From positions 26,784,001 through 26,848,000 of the forward strand of contig CM114271.1 of the NCBI GenBank assembly GCA_050084515.1: a stretch of 64,000 bases of DNA, written 5' to 3'. The notes below the pieces were generated by a model, which saw only the letters and a list, made by a program, of their open reading frames with translations, searched no databases and had not been told where the DNA came from. The position numbers and the translations under genes were made by a program. The stretch's first letter is position 1, and each line of letters opens with the position of its first letter. Below are positions 35,613 through 47,300 of the stretch, in pieces. The stretch is from Blasia pusilla. Its lineage: Eukaryota.

Positions 35613-38600
35613 TGTTGGATTCTCAACATCCACTTCTCTAAGCACCGTTAATCTGATCGGCCCCCTTGTATGAGGAGAAGCCTAGATTGATGGTTCCAAC
35701 TTAGACGTCGAAGGAGTCATAGTAATATGACGTAGGTGGTTTACGGAGTAGCGTTACTAGGTTTATCTAACCCTATATTGCGGGGGTCCGGAGTCGCAGC
35801 CCTTGGAAAAAAATTTCTATTAATAGAAACAAAGAAAAATAGGTAAAAACCCTAGTTTTCCCGAGTAGTCAAATAGTCGGGAGCCGCAGCAGTAGCGCAT
35901 TCTCGTATGTCGAGTTATCTCCTAGTTCAGGTTCCATCGAACCTCTTGTGTGAGCGCACAGACGGACTAGGCCACCTTGTATCTCTAAGTTTTGTAAAGA
36001 TTTCAGTGATTTCGTCACTTTCTGTTTTCTCACATGGTATCAGAGCAGTAGGTTTTCCAGTATTTTGTATCTGGCGATCTAGTGTGTTTGCACAAAATCT
36101 TGAGAGATGACTACTTCTTCGTCAGTTCATGCTCGCCCTCCACCGCTGGGTGAAGGGAAGTTAGATGGGTATAACTATACGTTGTGGAAGTTCAAAATGA
36201 GAACTGTTCTCGAATCATTTGAGATCTGGGAAACGGCCACAGGGGTCGATTCAAATCCACAAGCTAGTTTGAGTTATACATGTTCATCTTCATCTAGGGA
36301 TATCGATCATGCTGTATTGTTGGCATGGAGACGCAGAAACGCTGATGCTCTATATGCAATTGTCACAAATGTAACTGATTCTGTCATGACTGTCATTCAA
36401 CATACAACCACTGCTGCTGAGGCGTGGAACATTTTGAAAAATCAGTATGAAACGAGGAATGAGACTCGGATTGAATCGGAGAATCGCCTACGTCCAGAAA
36501 TTTTCAGAAGGAGAAAGCGCGGAGCCATTTTTTACAAGGATCAAGAATCTTCAAGATCAGATGGCCTCCGTAGGAATTTCAAAGTCTAGCAAAGATTTGG
36601 CACGTCGGTGCATAAGGATTTTTCCTCCAAGGTATGACAGTTTGGTCACTGCACTGAATACTCAAGTAAGACCCACGCCGCTTACTTTTGAATAATTTAG
36701 TGCAATGTTGGTAGAAGAGGAAATGCGCTTCAAAGCAAGACAGGGAAGTGATGCAGCATTTACTGCCAACATACAAAGAGGTAGAAATCAGGATTACATT
36801 TCAAATGTCAAGAAGAAATTTCCAAGAAAAGCCTTCAAATGCTTTTGATTGTGGTAAGCTAGGTCATCTTATCAAAGATTGTAGAAAGAGGAGTCAGGAT
36901 GAGAAGAACGATTGTTTAAGACCTAAGAAGGAGTCTTGAAATTCTGTAGAACTAGGAGAACATGAAGTAGATGCTTGGGTAGCAATAGAAGAGTTTTGCA
37001 CACAGGCAGAACATTCCACTAAGTCAAAGAGTGAAGATGCATGGGTGCTCGATAGTGGAGCATCTAGGCATATGACCAATCATAAGGATTGGTATAGCTC
37101 CTTACAGTCTCTACAGGAGCCCATCGTTGTTACTGTTGGGAATAATGCAAAGTGCCATGTAGAAGGGAAAGGCACAATTTCTTTAGTCTCACAAAAAGGC
37201 GATGAAAAGAAGTGAAATGATGTACTGTACGTACCAGAGTTGAAGCAAAATTTGATTTCAGTGCCAGTATTATGTGATCGTGACCTAGAAGTTCGTTTCA
37301 AGAAAAGTGGAGCACTCATCGAGAATGCCAATGGGAAAGTAGTGGGTGAAGGTGTACGATGTGGAAATATCTACGAGTTGTATGCTTTCACGACAAGTGT
37401 AGGTACATATCTTAGTAGCAGTAAGTTGTGGCATAAAAGATTTGGTCACCTAAGCTTTCCCTTACTAAGTCAGATGTAGAAATCTGACATGGTTGCTGAT
37501 TTACCAACAATTTCTGGAGTATCGGATACTTGTGAAGCTTGTATGATGGGCAAGCAACACCGACAACCATTTCCACAAGAGTCCAGCAATAGGGCAAAGG
37601 CTCCTCTAGAGTTGATACATGCTGACCTCTGTGGTAAAATGAGAACATTGGCATTAGGTGGTTCTTCCTACTTCTTTTTAGTAGTAAACGATTATAGTAG
37701 GAAGATGTGGGTATATTTCCTTCATGATAAGGCAAGTGCTTTTGGAAAATTTAAAGTATGGCACAAGCTGGTTGAGAATGAGACAGGAAAGAAGGTACAA
37801 AAGCTTCCCACCGATCGAGGAGGAGAATTCTTATCAACAAAATTCAACAAATATTTGGGGGAGCATGGAATCAAGCGACAGTTAACCACGGCACATACAC
37901 CACAACAAAATGGATTTTTTGAGCGTCAAAACCGTACAGTGGTGGAGATGGCAAGATGTATGATGAAAGAAAAAGGTTTGACAGAAGGATTTTGGGCTGA
38001 AGCTGGTAATACTGCTGTATACATTCTAAATAGAAGTGCTACCAAGTGAGTGCAAGGCATGACTCCTCATCAATCATACTCAGGTAAGGTACCATCAGTC
38101 CAAAATTTCAGGACTTTTGGTAGTGAGTGTTTTGTACATATTCCTGAAGTATCTAGGACCAAGCTTGAGTCCAAGAGTAGGAAGTGCATCTTTATGGGAT
38201 ACAGTGATGAGTCTAAAGCTTATCGCCTTTGGTGTCCTGAGGAAAAGAAGATGCTTGTGAGTCGTGATGTGGTGTTCCAGGAACAGCCTCGTCAAGTGGC
38301 GGATATCAGTGGTTCGTCCACATTATCATCAAACAAAGAGATAACACACCAAAGCACACCACAAATGTTTACACCAGATCATCAAGAAGAAGAATTTGGT
38401 GATGATTACAAAGAGCAACCTGCTCTTCTACTACGGTCATCATACCCTAAGTGGATAAAGCAACTCTTGGATAGTAAGGATCCACCAGCAACTGATGAAG
38501 TTGTTACACATTCAAGGAGATCCAAGAGACTAGAGGAGCAGAATAGAGCTTCCGCACATCTCATCAACATGGCCTTGATGACAGAGGTCTTGAAGGTGGA

Positions 38601-40598
38601 AGAGCCATCATGCTTGGATGAGGCCTTGGCTCATCCTCAATGGAGAGAGGCCATGCAGATGGAGATGGACGCTATTTAGAGAAATGAAACTTAGACTTTG
38701 GTTGAAAAGCCAAAGGACATGAAGATAATACGCACCAAGTGGGTGTACAAGACCAAGTACAAGTCGGACGGTACATTGGATAAATTCAAAGCGAGGTTGG
38801 TCGCACAAGGATGCTCACAAATCGAAGGTTTTGACTACTATGAGACTTTTGCTCCTAGTGCAAGGATGACAACCATTCGAATTGTTCTAGCGGTTGCAGG
38901 AAGAAGACGTTGGCCTGTATACCAATACGATGTGAAGTCTACCTTTCTGAACAAGAGTCTCAAGGAGGAGGTATATCTTTCTCAACCACCAGGTTTTGAG
39001 ATACCCGGATTAGAAGAGAAAGTTTGTTTACTTCATCGAGCATTGTATGGGTTGAAGCAAGTCCCAAGGGTATGGTATCAACGAATAGATACATTCTTTC
39101 GAGAGAAGGGTCTCATCAAGAGTTCGTCAGAAGCAAATTTGTATGTGTTTTGCAAAGATGGGATGTAAATGTTGATAGTCTTGTATGTGGATGATCTGAT
39201 CATCATAGGAGACCACAGTAAGAAAATAGAGGAAATGAAGGGAGTGTTGAAATCTGAGTTTGAAATGTCAAATTTAGGTCTTCTGCACTACTTTATAGGT
39301 CTGGAAATTTGGCAACAGTCAGATTCTATTTTTGTCGCTCAGCAGAAGTATGCTAGAGAAATCTTGAAGGCATTCGGGATGACCGAGTGTAAGGCAGTGG
39401 TCTCGCCAATGGAGGTAGAGTTGAAACTCTCGATGGAGGATGTTTCACCATTGATAGATGAAAAGTTGTACAGAAAGCTTGTAGGCAGTTTGATATTTTT
39501 TTGTAACACTAGACCAGACATTAGCTTCGCTGTGGGAGTGTTGAGTAGGTTCTCAACTAAGCCTCGTGAGAACCATTGGAAGGCACGGATGCGTGTGTTG
39601 AAGTACATCAAAGGCACTATTGAGTACGGCATCACCTATGGAGGAGGGACGGAAATGACAGGTTTTTGTGACTCGGATTGGGCAGGAGATTCACATTCTC
39701 GAAGATCGGTTTTGGGTTATTGCTTCTTGGTAGGATAAAGTGTGGTGTCATGGGTCAGCAAGAAGCAACCTACACTGGCTCTTTCTTGTACCGAGGTAGA
39801 GTACAAGGCGGCTTGTTATGCTTCTTGTGAAGCAGTATGGTTGAGATGGACATTGGAGGACATAGGAGAAGCACCATAAAGTGCTAATGTAATGTGGTGT
39901 GACAATCAGAGTTGCATTTCCATAACACATAATCATGTATTTCATGCTCGTATGAAGCACATAGATCCAGTATCACTTTGTTCGTGACTTGATCGAGAGA
40001 GAGGTTTTGAAGTTAGTCTACTGTCCAACAGAGGATAACCGTGCAGACATCTTCACGAAAGCTTTGAGGGGAGATCAGCTTCACCGACAACTGAAGGATC
40101 TTGGCATAGGTCCAAGACAGTAGTCCACATGAGAGTGGATATTGAGGGGGGGTGTTGAATTGTCAACATCCACTTCTCTAAGCAGCGTTAATATGATCCG
40201 CCCCCTTGTATGAGGAGAAGCCTAGATTGATGGTTCCGACTTAGACGTCAAAGGAGTCATAGTAATATGACGTAGATGGTTTACGAAGTAGCGTTATTAG
40301 GTTTATCTAACCCTATATTGCGGGGGTCCAGAGGCGCAGTCCCCGGAAAAAAATTTCTATTAATAGAAATGAAGAAAAATAGGTAAAAACCCTAGTTTTC
40401 CCGAATAGTCGGGAAAACTAGGGTTTTTACCTATTTTTCTTCGGGAGCCACAACGGTAGCGCATTCTTGTATGTCGAGTTATCTCCCAGTTCAGGTTCCA
40501 TCGAACTTGTTCTGTGAGCGCACGGACGGACTAGGCCACTTTGTATCTCTAAGTTTTGTAAAGATTTCAGTGATTTCCTCACTTTCTGTTTTCTCACA
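35613..40598 (+). mobile_element. Full-length Ty1/Copia LTR retrotransposon (inactivated)
   Basis: LTRs 35613-36034 and 40153-40598 (TG...CA); TSD CCACT at 35608-35612 and 40599-40603; PBS TGGTATCAGAGC (tRNA-iMet) at 36035-36046; poly-G PPT at ~40144-40152. Confidence 0.97.
36107..40122 (+). pseudogene. Copia gag-PR-INT-RT-RH polyprotein with stops and frameshifts
   Basis: KLDGYNYTLWKFKM (gag); CGKLGHLIKDC knuckle; WVLDSGASRHM protease (~37040-37075); LWHKRFGH; LELIHADLCG/TDRGGEF integrase; KARLVAQG and LYVDDL RT; FCDSDWAG RNase H. Confidence 0.95.
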
Positions 40599-41623
40599 CC
40601 ACTGTGTTCGCGATGCTGCTAGTACGTAGGTACTCCAAGACCACTCCATCGTCGTGAATATCTCGGCCACCTGTTATCTCCTCACCAGCCTCTAGATCTA
40701 AGGACTTTTCATAAGACCTCACCATCGAAGTCTTTGCAATCTGGCTGTCCATAGCCAATAAGCCCAAATAGATTCGCGCATGCCATCCTTGCATCAACTC
40801 CTCATCAGTCTCACCATGCCAACGAGATCCAATCACATCTCGCTGACTCGAGCATGGGTTACGGCTCAAACCATTTGCATTTTGATTGAGCATCCCAAGT
40901 CTATGCACCACGTGGAAGTCATACTTCTGCAACAAAAGAGCCCACCTCACAAGCTTCCTTGTAAGCTTATCAGGCTCCATCAACCACTTAAGTGGCTAAT
41001 AATCAGTAATAATGGTAAAGAGGTTGCCGAATAAATAACACCTCAAATGTGCGACAACCCACACTGCATCCAAGCACTCACCCTTATACGAGCTATACTT
41101 CGCCTCTCCAACGTTGTTCGAGCGACTAGCGTAAGCTACCACGAACTCTCTACCATCATTGTCATGTTGGATGAGCACGGCTCCAGGCGCCAATATGCTC
41201 CAATTGATATGCAACTAGAAAGGACGCCCCCTGATAAGTGTCCTTAATATGGGCGGGGGACGTTAATCTATCCTTGAGCAGCTAAAATGCTCTCTCCTGC
41301 TCATCCCCCCAATACCACTCCTAATCCATATTGGTGAGCAAGGTTAGCGGCTTCGCAATCGAAGTGAAACCCTTGACGTGTTTTCAATAGAAGTTTTCCA
41401 ATCCCATGAATGCACAAACTCCACTCCCATCTCTAGGGTCTGGAATGCGTGAAATAGCCTCTACCTTCACATGTTGCACACCAAGGCCCCCTCGATATAT
41501 CGTATGACCCATGTACTCAATTCGGTCGTAGAAGAACTTGCATTTGTCTGGAAGTAGCTTTAGCCCATGTAACTAAAATCCTCAAAACACCTCCTCTAGA
41601 TGTCGCTCATGCTCCTCAACCGT

Positions 41624-44131
41624 TGTCGTATAGTAAAATCAGCCAATGTGTAAACTCCTTCCTCGTTAAGTGTTAGATAGAGTTTTATTAGTATTAAGTA
41701 AATTAGCTTAGGAAAAGGAAATTCCCATGTTTAAACCTGTTTATGGTGCCTCTTTTATGTGGGCCCAACTTTAGGAAAAAAGGTAATAAATAAAAGATAA
41801 CTTTATAAAAGTAAAGTAGTGAGGTTGGTGCTTTAATGAAAAGCAAAAGTAAGCTTGGTTGGTGGCTAGGTTAGTTAGGGTAATTTGGAAAATATCAATT
41901 GGGTAAAAGAGGATATTTTGGAAGAGATAAGAGGAATTCTACTTGTGTCAAAATGTGATTGGCTAAGCTTTGAGAGGAAACCATGTGGCACAAGATAAGA
42001 TTAGCTCTATTTCGTACTTTTGTGGATCACTTGAGAGTATATAAAGAGGAAGGACCTTCAAGGGTTCATCACCTTCTATTCCACATCTTGAATCTCTCGT
42101 GTCACTCTTGAGTGTATGGCTTTGGGATTGCTTGCTCTTCCAATGAGAGTGGATCACCCCTCTTGGGAGAGTAACTTGACCATGGTCTATTCTCCGAGAG
42201 GTTTCTAGAGTGTGGTGTGTGTGTGGATATGAGAGGTTTGTCACCTTAGAGGAGTTTAGTCATACTAAAAAATAGTGAATGTTTTGGCTTGTTACTTTCC
42301 CAATGAGAGTGGATTACCCCTCTTGGGAGAATAACTCCGCTAAAACCCATTCTTGAGGATAGTAGAGAATGTCTGTCAAACATGGATAGGGATGGAGCAC
42401 GAGTTTTGTCCGACTTTCCTTTCCATAATTCATACGATGTCAAGACACTCTTTGTAGATAGGCACTAGTTCACTCGCTATATAGTTTATCACTTTGGGGA
42501 GGCGTTCATGAACCAGATCATTCAATCTCCAACTCCGGTGATCCTTGCTATCGTCACATATGGAAGGACATGGGATTATACTTTGTATATCCTTATATAG
42601 CAATCCATGGACATCAATAGGTCTGCTCAAGTAGGGTTTAACACTAGTTGTGCTATTTTCCTCGTGTACAAGCGTAAACTAGTTTATAAGGATTTTATAG
42701 TTAGGAATTTCGGCGTCCGATGTTACGAAGAAGTGATCACCTCGCCACTTCCATTTGTGATACTTGTCGTGAGTGAATGGAGAGTATACATAATAAATAT
42801 ATATTGAAAAAGAAGATCTTCTCAGAGAGTTCATCTTGCATCGACCACGTCTACCGTAGCTATAAGGCCTGCTCTTACTCGAAGAAAGGCTCTAGACACG
42901 ACAAATGGTGCTTCCATCGAGAGATCTTTTAGGCGATAGATTATGTTTGCAAGTTGGAGTCTTATCAAGATGACTACTTTTGGTAGTAGTTCATCAACCG
43001 AGGGAGGTGAGGATCTTCTCCGAACTTTGAGAACATTGTTGAGCCAACAAGGAGGAGTTCACATATTGGAGCAAAGATCAATAAGGGCTCTTCAAGCGAT
43101 TGTAAAGAAGTTGGGGAGATTTGATGGGAGGAACATCACCAAGTATGTTTGAGAGTACGTTTGTGAGATGGAGGTAAACCGTGTATCCGAAGGTGATATG
43201 GTGTCAAGTTTTGAGTTAGCTGTGATATCAGAGATTCATAGTCAAGTAAAGAAGTTGAGAGCAGAAAATCCAACCTCGAGGGAGGAGTATGAGCAGTTCC
43301 TAAAAAGAGAATTCTTTGATGATGATGTGGATCGGGTGACTAAGAGGAGTTTTTTAGAATGGATAGAGCAAGGTCTAGAGAAGGGAATGACTCCAAATGA
43401 ATTATTGTGTGAGTTTGAGAAGCGGTTTTTTCAGCTTTCTTCTTCCAAAATAGCAACTCTAGACTTGAGGAAAATTGAGTTATTCCTTGAGGCGGAATTG
43501 GAAGAAAGTGGAAGAAGTTGTTGCTATCCTTACAAAACAAAATCAAAGTAGAGGTAGAACCGCACTATTCAAGTCGGAGGTATCAATTTCAAATTCATTG
43601 CCTAAGCCTGTTTCAACAAAACTTGAAGATTGTGCTATAGATGAGTTGGTGAAAGGTTTGAGAGAATTGAGAGTAGAAATGGCTCAGCTTAAACTTGATA
43701 GGAATCCTAGTGTTGGTGCTCCTTCGACAAGTAGAAACTTTGTGAGAAGATGTATATGGTGTGATAGTATTGAGCATCAACGTCGAGAATGTGAGGAGTT
43801 TTTAGAAGCTCTTAGGAATGGAATAGTAAACTTCAAATATGGGAAGATTCATCCAACGCAGACTGGTATGCCGTTGAATACCAACTTTGGTAGAGGAGGA
43901 ATGATACGACACCACGTAGGTTTTTGGGTGCTATAGGCACTATAGAGTTATAAATTTTCATAGCGGAGTTTAGGAGTTGGTGTGACTTAAAGTGGGCTAG
44001 GAAGTCCAGAGAGTTCAACCTGTTTACATCATGGAACAAAATCTTCCAGCATTTAGAGAGGGCAAGGAGGATTACCATGAGTGTCATGGATAGAGCCGTT
44101 TCAAGATGAGAAGGAGGAGTTAGGAGAGGGT
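41624..44131 (+). mobile_element. Truncated Gypsy-like element of family X: 5' LTR, PBS-like site and decayed gag
   Basis: LTR TGTCGTA...CACGACA at 41624-42903; AA then TGGTGCTTCCATCGAGAG (PBS-like) at 42906; gag fragments GRFDGRNITKY and zinc knuckle CIWCDSIEHQRREC. Confidence 0.85.
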
Positions 44132-44286
44132 TGTCACATCTGAGTAGCCGATAGGCCGAGATCTATCGTGGATGGGGCGTAGGAGCCAGCGGACTATCTT
44201 GAGTGTAACTTTTTCTGACGGTTTTGGATGAGGTTGAGGATAGGTCCATTGTGTCAGGAACGTCGTTTCTGAAAACTTTCCTGTTG
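44132..44286 (+). repeat. Truncated start of repeat A (element A subfamily), opposite orientation
   Basis: TGTCACATCTGAGTAGCCGATAGGCCGAGATCTATCGTGGAT matches the reverse complement of ~2800-2953. Confidence 0.9.
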
Positions 44287-44365
44287 GAAAGTAAGTGGGG
44301 TGATTTGAAGCATGATGTTGCCAAATTTGCTGGCTGAATTGCTTGTGTAGAAGATCAACATCGGT

Positions 44366-47300
44366 TGTCATTCCACTAGTCTAAAATCCATCTTACTATG
44401 AATCCTAAAATCTCTACACATGAATGAATGGACAACCCCAATTTCCCCCCTAACCGGTGGTTTGGTCCCTTTAACTCTAGATAGCCTACAAAAAAAATCT
44501 AAATGCTATGCATCTTTCCAGTGCTAAGATCAGGAGGTTGGGTGTTATGTCTCCCTATCGTAAGTCACCTTCCTCCAATCCATTACATCAAGAGTCATCT
44601 TGTAATATACCTATCACACCTATATACGTCTAAGACAAAGCCAACGTCAATGAGGATTCAAGTCAAGAGGCGGTGTCAAACAAGACATTTGCCATCCTCT
44701 ATATCTGGTCATCCCAAACCAAGCAAGGTCCGGCCTCCTTGAATGTATAGGAAGCGAGAAAACTCACCAATGTCGGAAAGGCTGCCCCTGGCATGCCAAT
44801 TCTGTCGACCATAGTCAATGGCGGTCAATCATGTAGCCTCACTCCTTGTGATCGACAGCCTGGATCCAATATAGAATCCACCAATAAATTAGGGGAGCAA
44901 TCCACTCTCGCATATGCCCTCCGTAATACCTCGTATGGTACCGAGGAGGTCCACCAAAGACGCGGCCGATGTGCTCGTGAACCCACAATAGCCGCATCCA
45001 ACAAAACTGCCAGGCGAATCCATGTGCCCACTTGATATACACTTCTCACCATACGGGACCTCGAATCGCACAAAATCGGTACATTCTCCAGAATCTATGC
45101 TGGAGGACGAGACAGATGCTCCTACAAGTGTCGCAAGATCCACATCATCTTCCAAAACAACCTGGACCGAGAGTCAACTAATCCGCTATCCCGTTCAGCA
45201 TTCGACTGGCCCTAACATGACTCACCAACAATGACCAAGTCTATGGTCCCTACCCACTCCAAGTTCTACGCCCCCAACAATGAAATGTCCCTCGATAGGA
45301 AACTCTGGTAAGCCTGAATGGCAGACGTAGACAGCAAGTCAAGAAAAGAGAGGCGTAAGTGCACCACATGGTGAAGTGAAGCGCGCATTGCAACATCATC
45401 AATCTCCACATCCAGGTACTGCTGCACGCGCACTCCAGCCTGCAAAACAACAGCTTACCCAGTGTTGATCCCTCCAAAGAGATCCAACAATCGAATACCC
45501 TTCTCTGGGATGCACCACACAATCAAGGTAATGTCCAAAGGGGCCATAGCATCACTCCTGGCTATCTGGGGTTCCTCTGACCCGTCACACTATGGTACAA
45601 ACGTCTTGCTCCATGTGGTGTGCAGAGGCTTAGTGGCTAAGCGTTGAAGCTCCTTAATCGAGCCCCAAAGCGACACCTCTCCTTCATGGACTAATGCGAC
45701 TACCATGACACTTCTCTCCATAGAAATGTAAGCAACGAGATTATCCTGTGCATGGACATGTCCTTCAATCAAATCACTAGGCCAAGTGATGGCATTGCTA
45801 AATGCTGCAAAGGTCGCCATCTTTCCTCGCCGTCGCTTTATCACTGCACATGTGAATCAAACGGATAATGAGCTAAGGCGCCCATCACCTAACTGCCATC
45901 CTGGTTTGTAGGACGCTAACTTCTCCCAGTAATCCAAGGAATATCCCATCGGATTTAACACTGCTCCACCAACCAAGACCTGGTAGGACTTTGCATTAGT
46001 CATTATCGCCTTGGCTCACACCACCGACTCATCTGTAAGATGTCCCGGGCGAATCCTCCCCACAACCTATCGGGTGATATACTATGTGCTACTTGCTCCA
46101 CCCAAAGATATATGTATCCAGAATGGACAATGCTCCACATCGGCTCTTGTCAAGCCCAATCCTCTTAATGACGCTTTCCCCAACATCAGGGGTTGCGCTC
46201 TTGAATCCAACAAGACGCGCTGCGGACTAAAAGCTCTACCTCCAGAACTCACCAAATAGAAGACCTCTCCCCGGTTATCCAGCAACATAACACCAGGAGA
46301 AGCCATGGCACGCTCTATCGCGAGTCTAGCGGGCATTTCGGCCATCATAGCAGCCTTAATTTGCCATGAATCTGACGTGGACGGCCCGAGCATCCATTCC
46401 AGGTCCATCACCTCCTCTGCAATCACCTTTGAACGTGATGCAGGAACTCCAACTCCGCGCTCACATAGCATAGCGACCAGCCGGAAAACCTTGACGTGCG
46501 TACCTCCCGACGTCATAACATCGGAAGTACTAAACACTGGAGCATGGTACACCATCATGGCCGCCCCCAACATCGTACTCAACACATGCTCCTCCTAAGC
46601 ATCAACAATAGGAGTCATCGTAGTCGCTTCTCCCATCGCCCTTTGTGCCTGCACACCAATAACATCACCAACTCTCCGCGAACTCTAATCATGATCCATC
46701 GATGGGGTCCTCATCGCCTCAGACAACGTGAAAGATTGAGGAAGCCTGGTATGTTTCCTGGCTTCCCCTCGTTGTGGATCCAACTCAACGGCTGCTCCAT
46801 GTGTCACAACTATGGCGGCCTCTATTTGGGCAACCCTGCTCATTCAACCAGGATCCTCCGTATCTCTCGCTGATCCATATGATGTCGATGCCATGGATCT
46901 AGCATCGGATAACCTCAATGTGATAGCAACAATCTGCTTCTGTAGCTGTTGTATCTCAGCAGCCATTCCAGCCTCACGCCTAGCATCTCCTTCCACGCAT
47001 CTAGGTGGTGGGACTCTACCTCCTCCACGGGCAGCTCCACCACCGTGTCGGGCAACTTCAGCTCCTCGTCCCCCAACGGGACCACCAGGTGCACGATCTC
47101 TAGGCTCACTTGAATCGGCTATTTGCTTTGGTGCCCTCTCTGGCCCTCGGTCTGGATTTAAATCAAGGTGTAAATTGAAACACATGGCGCGTGTGTGACC
47201 CTACCTCTGACAATAGACACACTGATAACCTCCTGGTGCAACACCATCTCCTCCATGCTCAGGCACACGTCCATAACCCTGACAAGTGCAATCACGTTGA

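Larger units (their letters stand above)
32503..41623 (-). mobile_element. Ty3/Gypsy-like retroelement copy B (DNMT/PHD family): RT C-terminus, RNase H, integrase, PHD, 3' end B1-A2-B2; interrupted by a solo LTR and a Copia
   Basis: RT: EHERHLEEVF..GLKLLPDKCKFF..IEYMGH (~41620-41500). RNase H: VVAYASRSNN..YSSYKGEC. The reading frame rejoins across both insertions (..ANTV|GAREQNHILQ*ARRFRWEG; FSS|YLLLYGRE). PHD at 33533-33393. Repeat B at 33089-33212 and 32503-32629; repeat A at 32629-33086. Confidence 0.9.

Noticed and set aside
44108-44131. Purine tract before the A-type repeat, read as a PPT
   Set aside because: It reads as family-X coding sequence (DEKEELGEG), and the following repeat is not the X LTR. 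An insertion site is more likely.
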